64,000 nucleotides of DNA from Elsinoe ampelina (Eukaryota). How positions within the stretch are numbered: the first letter of the stretch is position 1; each line of letters starts with the position of its first letter. Shown one piece after another: positions 1 through 10,265 of the stretch. The position numbers were made by a program, and so were the translations under genes. The notes beneath the pieces are model-generated. The model did not search any database. It saw only the letters and a list, made by a program, of their open reading frames with translations, and was not told the DNA's origin. Location: assembly GCA_010093995.1 (NCBI GenBank), contig ML992509.1, positions 1,263,850 through 1,327,849 of the forward strand, written 5' to 3'.

Positions 1-138
1 TTCACTAGATCAGTGATTTGGTGTAAGTGAAAGTGGCTCACTCCGAGTCTCAGTCGCAACATTCGTGAAACTCGAGATCAGCATTTTGTATACAAGTACA
101 GTGAGAGCGGCGATATACAGGGTATCGATCTATACAGA

Positions 139-3100
139 TTACACACTAGCGCTTCCCATGCCCAGATCCTCAACCTTCCACCCGTTCATAAACTCTTTCT
201 TCTGGCCCAGTACCGCCAGCCTTCCCTCCTTGACACCATTGAGCAAGAACCTCTCCGCCACATCTCTCACCTGCTCCTTAGTCACATCCAGCAGCCTTTC
301 CCTTCTGTCCTGTTCCATCTGCCCAGTCACACCAGTCAGAAACTCCGTCATCCCCTCGTCGCTCACAGATCTCGGCGCATCGACTCCTTGAAAGATGCTG
401 AGCTTGGCTTCTTGCATGTCCGTGTCTGTCCAGCGTCGCTCGACCGCCCACTTTCCTACCTCGATCGTTTTGATAGTGTTGGCTGGGTTGGGGTCGCGGT
501 ACGAGTAGAAGCCGAACACACCGTCGAGAGCCTTGTTGTATGCACCTCCGCCATAAGCACCACCTTTCTCGCGGATCTCGCGGTGGAGATGCTTGTGGGT
601 GAGGAGTTGAGAGAGAATGGCTAGAGGGGCGGAGAGGGCTGAGGTGTAAGGTACTGTCGGGAGAGAAAGCGCAGAGTACGACACTTGGTAAGGGAGCGGG
701 AAGAGAGTCTTGGTATTGGTCGTGATGGACGACCGCCAGTCGCGAAGAGGCAGATGTAGGCCAGGGCTAAATGTCGTAGGAGATGCAGCGCTGAAGGTTG
801 ATGAGAGGAAGTTGTCTAGAGAAGAGGTATTTGCCGTTGTCGATTCAGGTCCACATGTGAGGGCAAGGCGCATCGATGATTGATTGCCTATCAGGATTGA
901 CTGAATAGCCTTGAGCGCGCGAAGTAGTTCAGGAGCAATGATGGTCTCCAGCTCAGGATTTGCTGCAAGGGAAGTGACGTTGGCGATCTGAGTTACGCCA
1001 GAGGTTTGCTCAATCAATCTTCCATGAGCTGTGAGACCTGCTTCGGCAAACCGTCTAGCGTATGCATGGCCGGCCTCGGCGATACTGTCGACTGCGCCAC
1101 TGGCAGAGCTCTGAATTAGCTCGGTGATCATGCGTTGCGCTTTGGGGGTGTCAAAGTCGGTCTCCTGGATTAGGAGCGTGAGGAGTTCGTACATCGCCGT
1201 TACATTGTTGTCCAACGCATAGCCAGACAATGTGATGCCTTCTTCACATACGGTAGGATCAGTGGGACCAGAGCAGGAGTGATATCCGAAGGAAATGCCA
1301 CCAGTCTTGAGCTTGATAAGATCCTCAATCTCCTCCATCGACTTGTCCTTGGTGCCAATTCTCATAAGCGCATCGCAGAACAGTCCAATGAATGGTCGAA
1401 GCTCATCGGGAAGGTCTTTTAGAATGCTCAAGCCCCGGAAATACGTCAAGCCGTTTGTGGCGGCTTCTCTCCACTGCGTTTGAGTGCCACCAAGGGCCTT
1501 CTTGACCACTTCTGGGGCTTCCTTTCGTCTTGCGATATCCTCCACGCTGACCATCGGTAAAGAGGCAAGGTCTTGCTCAGCACTCTGTTGAGCAACAAGC
1601 TCAAGCTCTCTTTCGCGCAAGTGATTGGTCGCCTTCTCCTCGCCGCCAAAAGTTGCGAAAGCTTCTGAGATCTTGCTCTGCAATCGCTCTGCCTCTTCCG
1701 CAACGAGTTCCTGACCGTACGTCTCAGACGGCTCCATCGTGAACAACATGATGTCGTCAGTCAAGAGATACTTGTCCAGCAGAGCTTCCAGGTAATCTCC
1801 TTTGGCATATTCAGCTTTGAAAGTATCGACCGTCTGCTGCCACGCTAGAGCGTCAAAGACGTCCACGCCATTGAACCAGCTTGGATACAATCTTTGCATT
1901 ATAGCCATGCCGAAGTTGGCTGTCTTGTGCTTGAGACTTAGCTCCAATTGGTGCAGCATTCCGTCAACCTTTTGCTTCTCAAAGCCCTTCTGCCGGGTCT
2001 CCTTCAACGTTTGGAAAATGGCATCTTTGACCTTGGAGACATTTTCCTTCTTCACACCATTGAGTCCCACAGAAAACACGGCTTGTTTGGACGATCCATC
2101 ATAGCCAGAGTTTGGCGAGTAATCGGTCCCAAGACCTGCCTCGATAAGATTCTGGTACAGGGGCGAGCCATACCCGTCCATCAACAGGGAGGAAAGCAAA
2201 GACAGCGAGAAGTTCTCCAGAACGTTTGCAGTCTCTCCCATGAGCCACGAGACAGACGTCTTGTATTGACCTTCAGGTGGTGACAGAGGATCTACTGGCC
2301 CTTTCAGGGTGACTTCATGTGGGCCGCCCTGCAGGGAGCGAGGTGTCTTGATGTCAAGATCAGGTGAGATGGCCGCGAAACCGCTCAGCTGCTGATTGAT
2401 CGACTCGAGATGGCTGTGCAGCGGCATATCCCCATATGTCAGGATTTTCGCATTGCTTGGATGATAGTGCTCTGCGTGAAACTTCCTGAGCTGTTCGTAC
2501 GTCAAGTCGGTCATTTTCTGTGGATCGCCTCCAGAGTTGTTGATGGCTGGGAAGAGATGCTCGTAGAAGCGGATGTAGTAGAGATAGCTGGCATCCGACA
2601 TCTGGCCCTTCATTTCGTTGTAAACCACGCCCTTGAAGACGATTTTACTAGCTTCTTCATCGGTAGCGAGAGGATTTTCTGGGCCAAGTCTCCAGCCTTC
2701 CTGAGTGTAGTCATGCTCCTTGAGGAGAGGTCGTAAAGTGGAGTCGAGGTAGACAGACATGAGATTCTTGAAATCCTGAGCATTTGTTGTGGCAAATGGA
2801 TAGGTGGTATGATCAGATGAGGTGAATGCGTTCATGAAGTTGGAGAGAGACCGAGGCAGCATCTTGAAGAACGGATCTCGGACTGGATACTTCTCGCTAC
2901 CACATAGCGTGGTATGCTCGAGGATGTGAGGGACTCCGGTGGCGTCAGGGGGGTTCGTCTTGAATCCGATCGAGAAGACATTGTTGGAGTCATCTCTGGC
3001 GATGTGCAGATACTCGGCGCCGGTCTTATCATGCTTGAAATCCAAGGCAGTGAGTTTGAGCTCCGGTACATGTTTGGTCCTTCGCAATGAGAAGCCATGT

Positions 3101-3240
3101 ATTTGTTCGCCCGGCTTTGGCAGGCTTTCCAGGTTCGTTATCGATGCATAGTGGCGTCGGAGTTTTGACCTTCTCGGTGTCGCTCTTGAATGGACCAGTC
3201 CATCATTTTTGAGGACGTTGACGCTCCTACGCATCACCAT
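139..3240 (-). CDS. CYM1: Mitochondrial presequence protease (pitrilysin family M16C)
   Basis: Intronless ORF with inverted zinc motif HILEH in [28 protein letters not shown] and C-terminal [12 protein letters not shown]. The likely start is ATG 3240 (MVMRRSV..., Arg-rich presequence-like), not the ORF start at 3378. Confidence 0.93.
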   Translation of the reverse strand: MVMRRSVNVLKNDGLVHSRATPRRSKLRRHYASITNLESLPKPGEQIHGFSLRRTKHVPELKLTALDFKHDKTGAEYLHIARDDSNNVFSIGFKTNPPDATGVPHILEHTTLCGSEKYPVRDPFFKMLPRSLSNFMNAFTSSDHTTYPFATTNAQDFKNLMSVYLDSTLRPLLKEHDYTQEGWRLGPENPLATDEEASKIVFKGVVYNEMKGQMSDASYLYYIRFYEHLFPAINNSGGDPQKMTDLTYEQLRKFHAEHYHPSNAKILTYGDMPLHSHLESINQQLSGFAAISPDLDIKTPRSLQGGPHEVTLKGPVDPLSPPEGQYKTSVSWLMGETANVLENFSLSLLSSLLMDGYGSPLYQNLIEAGLGTDYSPNSGYDGSSKQAVFSVGLNGVKKENVSKVKDAIFQTLKETRQKGFEKQKVDGMLHQLELSLKHKTANFGMAIMQRLYPSWFNGVDVFDALAWQQTVDTFKAEYAKGDYLEALLDKYLLTDDIMLFTMEPSETYGQELVAEEAERLQSKISEAFATFGGEEKATNHLRERELELVAQQSAEQDLASLPMVSVEDIARRKEAPEVVKKALGGTQTQWREAATNGLTYFRGLSILKDLPDELRPFIGLFCDALMRIGTKDKSMEEIEDLIKLKTGGISFGYHSCSGPTDPTVCEEGITLSGYALDNNVTAMYELLTLLIQETDFDTPKAQRMITELIQSSASGAVDSIAEAGHAYARRFAEAGLTAHGRLIEQTSGVTQIANVTSLAANPELETIIAPELLRALKAIQSILIGNQSSMRLALTCGPESTTANTSSLDNFLSSTFSAASPTTFSPGLHLPLRDWRSSITTNTKTLFPLPYQVSYSALSLPTVPYTSALSAPLAILSQLLTHKHLHREIREKGGAYGGGAYNKALDGVFGFYSYRDPNPANTIKTIEVGKWAVERRWTDTDMQEAKLSIFQGVDAPRSVSDEGMTEFLTGVTGQMEQDRRERLLDVTKEQVRDVAERFLLNGVKEGRLAVLGQKKEFMNGWKVEDLGMGSASV

Positions 3241-3809
3241 GAGCTCTGTGAAATACTGCACAGCAGATCTGATGTTGATTATAGCGAAAACGTTGCCGCA
3301 GATTCCATCAAAGATTAATCCCACAGAGGGTCGGCTAGCGCGGCTCAAGTGAAAAGCGGAAGGGATCCCACCAATCATGACGTCCTCTCAGCGACGTCCC
3401 TTCATCTTGATCCTGCTCGCTCAAGATTCCACGTGAGGTCTAGGACAACGATCTAGTCTCCTTACCCATCACTCACATTCTCTTCCGGCTCCGTTACTCT
3501 GCAGATATTTGGTACTGGACTGGCGCATTCTTACCGCACATTCATAGACACGCATTTGAACCACGAAGGATTCCGCACCCCCCCTGCAAGGACCTTTCCG
3601 AGCACGTCGAAACACCACAGCTTGATCTCAACCACCTCAAGGCCCAATCCGATTCACCCAGTGACCTTTCATTAGGTCCAACATCCTATCTGACTCTCCA
3701 TGTCCACGTCCGACGACAAAATCTAGTGCGTAGCCAGGTCCTTTTCTAGCAGGACCTGAGCTGTTGAAGAATAGTACTTGCCCGAACAAGACACTAGCGG
3801 AACAAAGAT

Positions 3810-5336
3810 ATGGCGGAAGTCGCCTCTCGGCCGGCTGTGGCTAACACAGCTTCTCGGACGGCCTCCGATACTGCAGCACCACCCCCTCCCCCGCCGACTG
3901 CCGCTCCTGCGACGAAGAAGGGAAAAGGAAAGAAGGTGGCACCGGACTCTGAAGAAGCGCGCAAGCAGCTCCAAGCAAAGATAGCTCAATTAGAACAGGA
4001 TAGAGCTGGTAAGAGTGAGGAAGATGCAGAAATTGGTAGGTCACATTGATGTGGTCGAAGGTCCATACTGATATCCGGGCGCAGAAAGGGAAGCCAGGAA
4101 GGCGAATCGAGAAATGCAGAATATCATGCAAAAGATGGACTCTGCCAATGACAAGGCCGAGCACATACAGCGAGAGTGGCACAAGCTTCTGATTGACATG
4201 AAGCGCACCGAAAGAGAACACACCCGAGCCAAGAAGCGAGCCGACCAGCTGCAGAAGGACAAGGACGCTCAAAGATCAGAGCTAAGCAAAGCCAATTCGA
4301 TCAAAGAGAAATTGGAGAAGCTAAGCCGGGAACTTACCAAGGATAACAAGAAGCTTAAGGAGGATCTTCGCGAGGCAAAGGAGACGGCGGCCGACAAGAA
4401 CGATGAGCTTCACCACCGACTTGAGCAGATGGTTGGTGACGTTGAAGAGGTCATACAGTCTCGTGAAGCACCCAGCAGGTCTGCGACCGATCTTTCAGGA
4501 CCTGACAACACACTCGTCGAGCACTACAAGCTGAGGAGCCTCATTGAACAATACGAGATGCGCGAGATTCACATGGCATCTGTACTACGGACCCGCGAAC
4601 TGGAGATACAATATCACATAGCGCAACACGAGAAGTTGCGCAAGGCTCAAGACGCCGAGCTGTCAAAGTCTCATCAATTAACACGACAAGTTTCTACCTT
4701 TTCTCAGACTGAGAACGAATTGAGAAGTCAATTGAACATTTACGTCGAAAAGTTCAAACAGGTTCGTCAATTCGTCCATACCCATTCCTTCAAGATCACC
4801 AAGCTGACACCTCGTATCTGAAGGTTGAAGATACTTTGAACAATAGCAATGACTTATTTTTAACCTTTCGCAAGGAAATGGAAGAAATGTCCAAGAAGAC
4901 TAAGCGTCTAGAAAAGGAGAACATGCAACTCACCCGCAAACAAGAAGCCACCAACAAGAACATCTTCCAAATGGCCGAAGAACGCTCCCACTCCCAAAAG
5001 GACATCGAACGCCTCACCCGCGAAAACGACAAACTCAAGACCCTCTGCCGCGCCATGCAAACCAACGGCTACGGTCGCGCAGGCGGCGGCAACGTCGAAG
5101 GCCAAGACGTCATCGGCCCCGAAGGCGACGAGGATCTCGGCGAGACGGACAGCGAGTACGACGAATACGAGGACGACGAGGACGGCGAGGAGTACAACGA
5201 CGACACCGAGGAAGAGCAGGAATCGAATCTGCCTCGTCCTTTCGGCCCGGTGCCGCCCCCGCCTCCTCCTCCTGTGCAGGCCGGTGCTCAGCAGGCGAAG
5301 AAGACGGTCAATGGAGTCAATGGGATTAGGCATTGA
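3810..5336 (+). CDS. Taxilin-family coiled-coil protein
   Basis: Exons 3810-4035, 4085-4761, 4824-5336 joined by GT-AG introns that keep frame. Taxilin-like motifs KLEKLSREL and LRSQLNIYVEKFKQVEDTLNNSNDLFLTFRKEMEEMSKK; acidic tail. Confidence 0.88.
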
Positions 5337-5943
5337 AATGCATTTTGCTTGAATCTACGGTGTTGCTGTCCCTGTTTCTTCTTCTGATCTGCTTTTCATC
5401 TTCTTCAATCTCATGTCTGGTTGTTTATGACTATGAAGCGCTGCATGAACAGACTCGTCGTCTGCAACTCTCTCCTTGGAGGTGTCCACAGTTGCACGAT
5501 CACAATGCCGGTCTTTTATGACCACAGCGTAGATCAATGATTCCTTCGTGGTTGGCGGCATTGAACCTCTATGGTCCGAGCTGCTGTCCATGGGAGGTCG
5601 TCTCTCGTTCATTTCAGAACTGTGGCCTTTTGAGTTGCGCGGTCACGGACTAGGGCGATGAGAACATGTAGTGTACTGTAGCGTAGACTTGTAGATGAGG
5701 TTGTCGTGGCTTCGTTATGGCTGGATTATGTATCCTTGACGGTCACCATGCTTCGCCTTTCTATCCAAGCGTGTGTATGTCCTGACGTCGTGCTTTCGGC
5801 GTGCATGTATCACGTTCACTCGACCATCTGCTGCTGCATCTGGTCGACGTTCGTGACAGATGTGCTAAGTAGCCAGTCCGCAAAGGGCCTGGCGAGTTGT
5901 GCATGGCGGACGTTGTCTTCTTATCTCCCAAATCGGACCAATT

Positions 5944-7122
5944 TCACTTCATTCCTCCAAAGTCAAGCTTCCTCGCCACCTTGTCGCCCCGTCCATTCGG
6001 GAGCTCTCCTCCTCTCCGTTTCAGATCGTCTCCCATGGCCCCTAGTCCTCCTCCCTTCTTCGGCAAATCCTCAAGCTTACTCGGCTTCGGCGCCGTAGTC
6101 CACCATTCATGCCGCAACACCCCATCCATCGTCAACCTCTTCTTCGGATCCAGCTTGAACATGCCCATTAATAGATCCACCCCCACACTGCCCACGCTCC
6201 TGAACATTGCCTCCCACTCCGCCTTCGTTTTGACCGGCACCAAGTCTGCCTTTTCCACCGGCACATACCCCTTCAACTTGCTCACACCTGGCCAATTATC
6301 CTCCGTCGGCGTGCCTATCATCCTGCTAATCATCCCAATCATATTCATATCCGTATCCGGCATGGCAGCCAAAAATGGCCGCCGCAGGATTAGTTCTGCG
6401 AAGACACACGCCGAACTCCAAACGTCCACGGCTCCAGAGTAGAAGTTCGCCTGGTAGTACAGCTCCGGTGGCCTGTACCATTTGGTGATGGTATTGTACG
6501 TCATCGGCACAAACGGATCCGCAAAACTCCTCGCCAGACCAAAATCAGCAAGTTTGATCTCCCCGTTCGCCGCGATAAGCAAATTGTTGGGCTTGATGTC
6601 CCTGTGCAGCACAAAGTTTGCGTGGCAGAAGTGGACTGCTCGGCAGAGCATGACCATCCATGCTTTGATGTCTGGTGCGCCGTAGTGCACTTTATCCACG
6701 TCCTGGATCATCTTCAGTAGATCACCCTGAGGCAATTGCTCGAGCACGAGATTCAGGTTCTGGTTCTTGGTCGAGAACACGGCGTGCAGTCGGATAATGT
6801 TCGGGTGGTGGAGTTCTTGGAGGTACTTGATTTCGCGCAGGGAATCGTGTGAGATGCCCCATTCCGCGACCTCGGGGCCGACTTTGATCTTTTTGATGGC
6901 GACGAGTTGGGTGGGGTCTGAGATGAGGTGGGCGGAGAAGACATCGGCGTATTGACCTGATCCGAGCTTGGAGCCTTTGACGTATTTGCGACGTTCGAGA
7001 TCGTTGAGTTGGTCGGCGAGGTTGCCGCCTGTGAGTGAGGGTGTACCATTGCCGTTGGTGGCTTTGGATGGTTTTGAGTGGGTGGCCATGATTGATGTGT
7101 GACCATTCGTGGTGGCGGCCAT
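5944..7122 (-). CDS. KIN28: CDK7/Kin28/Mcs6-type TFIIH cyclin-dependent kinase
   Basis: Kinase motifs VAIKKIK, LREIKYLQEL, HRDIKPNNLL and DFGLARSF, plus the C-terminal VARKLDF typical of fungal CDK7. Confidence 0.88.
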   Translation of the reverse strand: MAATTNGHTSIMATHSKPSKATNGNGTPSLTGGNLADQLNDLERRKYVKGSKLGSGQYADVFSAHLISDPTQLVAIKKIKVGPEVAEWGISHDSLREIKYLQELHHPNIIRLHAVFSTKNQNLNLVLEQLPQGDLLKMIQDVDKVHYGAPDIKAWMVMLCRAVHFCHANFVLHRDIKPNNLLIAANGEIKLADFGLARSFADPFVPMTYNTITKWYRPPELYYQANFYSGAVDVWSSACVFAELILRRPFLAAMPDTDMNMIGMISRMIGTPTEDNWPGVSKLKGYVPVEKADLVPVKTKAEWEAMFRSVGSVGVDLLMGMFKLDPKKRLTMDGVLRHEWWTTAPKPSKLEDLPKKGGGLGAMGDDLKRRGGELPNGRGDKVARKLDFGGMK

Positions 7123-7513
7123 CTTGATGACTTCTCTGTCCTCCGCAGGCAGAGGTGTCAGATCCTGTTCACCGTGAATCGATCATCATCAAACGACTCA
7201 ACATTTCTCGAGCTGCTCTAAAAAGGCCTCCGTGATCCGATATCAGTGTTGTTCGATATGCAAATGGGGGAAGAAGAGCAGCGTGAGTGCAAGCTTGAGC
7301 ATCGGAATTGCGGCTCTGCGGCACCGACCGGCGCTAGTCCGTCTATCAAAAAGTTCGAGGTTGGACGACAGCAGCTCAAACATCCACCAGACCAGCACTA
7401 CAAACGACGCACATCCGCTCAATCTCATTTGAGCTCCTCCGGTCGCTCGCATTGCTGTCGATCGCTCTGTCGACGGCTGCCACAAAGACCTCGCATCACA
7501 CACACCTCCAAAC

Positions 7514-8230
7514 ATGATCCCCCGAAAAGCACCTCGACTACTCGCCTCCGCACTCCACACCACCCTCTCGACCTTCCCTCTCCCCTCAACAATCCGATGC
7601 GCCCACATCAAAGCCACTCAACCCATCCCCAGCCCCACACCCTTCGTCCCCGACGCGCCCACCTTCCTCGCCCTAATCGGGCGCAACATGATCGCCCACT
7701 CCTCCAAGATCCCAAGCTGGGACTCCCTCTTCTCCCTCTCCTCGGAACAGCTCCGCTCGTCCGGCGTCGAGCCCGCGCGCAGTCGACGCTACCTGCTACG
7801 GTGGCGGCAGAAGTTCCGCAACGGAGAGTTTGGGATCGGGGGTGATCTGAAGGACGTGAAAGACGGGGCGGGGGAGTTGAGGATTGTGGAAGTCAAGGCG
7901 CCTGAGCGGGAGGGGGTGGATCTGTTGAGGAGTAAAGGTACGAAGAGGGTGGTGGTGAATGTTGCGCCTGGGGCGGAGGGGGACGATGTGGAGAGGGTGG
8001 TGCGGGAGGTGGAGGAGGGGAAGAGGAAGCCGGTGGAGGGTGTGAGTATCAAGAGCTGGAACATGATTGCTGGGAAGAATGTGAGGTTATTGAAGGGGAC
8101 GGGGAGGGCGGAGATCAAGGTTCAGGAGGGGCTGTGGGAGCATAGGAGGGGGAAGAAGGTGGATGGTGGTGAGAGGAGGAAGGCGGAGGTCAGGGCGAAG
8201 CGAAGGGCGGCTGAGAGGAAGGATACGTAA
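7514..8230 (+). CDS. FYV4: Mitochondrial IGR-domain protein Fyv4 (mS41)
   Basis: TFLALIGRNM...WDSLFSLSSEQLRSSGVEPARSRRYLLRWRQKFR is the IGR motif; presequence-like N-terminus; C-terminal KVDGGERRKAEV. Confidence 0.88.
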   Translation: MIPRKAPRLLASALHTTLSTFPLPSTIRCAHIKATQPIPSPTPFVPDAPTFLALIGRNMIAHSSKIPSWDSLFSLSSEQLRSSGVEPARSRRYLLRWRQKFRNGEFGIGGDLKDVKDGAGELRIVEVKAPEREGVDLLRSKGTKRVVVNVAPGAEGDDVERVVREVEEGKRKPVEGVSIKSWNMIAGKNVRLLKGTGRAEIKVQEGLWEHRRGKKVDGGERRKAEVRAKRRAAERKDT

Positions 8231-8443
8231 GGATGAGGCGACAGGGAGGGATTTGTACAGCATAAATCATAGCGCCGAGTGCGCTTGTATGGGTATCATC
8301 TACGAAGCGCGCTTCTGCCCTCTTGGTCCCCGTTCCGACGCCTCAACGCCTGCAAAGCCAGCGCTCCTCTGCACGAATGGCCTTGATATCATGCTTTGAC
8401 GGCATTAATCAATGAAGGCGTCGAACCCTGCCCGGTGTCGTCG

Positions 8444-8889
8444 TTATACCAGGTGACTCGGGAGTAAAAAGTTGGCAATGCCCTCCTTGATCGCATATTC
8501 GTGTCCACAGTTTCCGCACACCAATTTCCCAGACTCTATCCCCGTCTCCATGAGCAATTGATGCAGGTCCTTCAGTACTTGTGTCGGCTCGCCAGTCTCA
8601 TCTACTAGTGTTTCTGGTTCAGGTGTTTCGTCAGGCAAGCTAGGTAGTCCGAGCTGCAGACGTCAGATCATGACCGTTCGTCTTGACAGACCAATCGACT
8701 CACCTCTCGTGCTATCGTCTTGATCGCTGGCCACTCCAGCCTAGGCAATATATTCCGTATGAAAACCACATTCAGATCCAGCTCAATTTGCTCGAGTTCT
8801 GCTTCCTGAGGATGAAGTGGGAACGCTGCTGGCGACGACTTGCATGACTTTCTAGCACAAGTGACGAAGTTGAGTGTGAGCAGCTTCAT
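8444..8889 (-). CDS. TRM112: Trm112 methyltransferase activator subunit
   Basis: Exons 8889-8704 and 8653-8444 (intron GTGAGT...CAG). MKLLTLNFVTCARKSC...LVCGNCGHEYAIKEGIANFLLPSHLV. Confidence 0.93.
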
Positions 8890-9142
8890 CCTTCCGTTGA
8901 CTTCTCCAGCACTTGTTGACGATTTCTCCGACCTTATGATCGCAAACCCAGAGAATAAATTCCTCTGATGCGATAAGATTAGATCATCGGGCCTTCACTT
9001 CCGGTCTCCACATTCTCCGCACGGTGCAGCTCAACCCGACCTCTCATCAATCGTCGACAGCTTCAATTCTTCCGCCCATAACTCCGGACACCTCTCAGCT
9101 ACGCTCCACCTTGTATTAGACCTCCTCGCCACACACAACAAG

Positions 9143-9952
9143 ATGGCCGCCGCAGTCAAGGCTCTCAATGCCAAAATCCGCTCAAATCCAGTGGCAGATT
9201 ACCTCTGCTCGACCCGTACGGCCGCGCAATCCCCGATTTCACCATGAGCATGCGACTGATGACTATAGACTTTTGGGGCCCAGCGTCGAACTTTGGTATC
9301 CCTCTGGCGGCGGTGATGGACACAAACAAACCAGAAGAGCTGTACGTATACTAGGTCCTCCTGTCGCGCCACTGTCTCTCCTCCGACGCTGTACAATTTG
9401 ATCGCGAGAACAAGAAGATAGGCCTGAATCAGTTATGCTGACGTTTGGACACAGGATTTCGGGTCCAATGACAATTGCTCTCATGGGATACAGCGGAACC
9501 TTTATGCGGTACGCGCTGGCGGTTCAGCCTAAGAATTGGCTGCTGTTCGGATGTCACGTGGTGAACTTTGGCGCGCAATCGACGCAGGGATATAGGTACT
9601 TGAACTACTGGAAGTGAGTCACCCCCCGCGGTCGTCAACCACATGGAGAAAACAAAAGGAGAGAAGCGAAGGAGCAGGACATTCAGAGCTTGAAAGAACG
9701 GATGAGATTCGAGAACAAAGAATTCCAGAGATTGAGAACGGCGGTGAAGAGAAACCCGAGCATATGCGCAGACACGCAGGCAAGAGATTGCATAGGAAGA
9801 ATCTGACACACTGCAACAGGTTCGGCGGCAGGGAAAAGTCCCTCGAGGCAAAGGCGAAAGAAGGTGCGGAGTCAATAGTAGACAGCGCAAAGGGAGCGGC
9901 GGAACAAGCGAAAGGCAAGGCAAAGGAGGTAGCGGACAAGGTGAAGAGCTAG
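9143..9952 (+). CDS. MPC1: Mitochondrial pyruvate carrier subunit 1
   Basis: Exons 9143-9215, 9269-9341, 9455-9613, 9820-9952. The spliced product reads YLCSTHFWGPASNFGIPLAA...ISGPMT...FMRYALAVQPKNWLLFGCH. Confidence 0.93.
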
Positions 9953-10265
9953 AGTGTGTTTACGAAGAAGATTCGAGGAAGAGCGGTGTCTATAGGGTTG
10001 TAATCGCACGATATCAGATGATTTTGCCGGCCAGTCCTTCCTCCACAATGATTGCGTGTGCTGCCGTCATGAGTATTCAGATTTCAACATGGCGGACGCT
10101 ACAATCCGATACCTCAATCGAGCGGTCATAGTGGCGGAGCTTCGACACAGGAACATGAACGTGAGACCGGAACATGATTGGCAAGAAGAAAGAGTAACAT
10201 TGCAGGGTATCAAAATCCACCATCCAAGCTAGACCGTTCCGTTCAACACCCAACCAACCACCACC

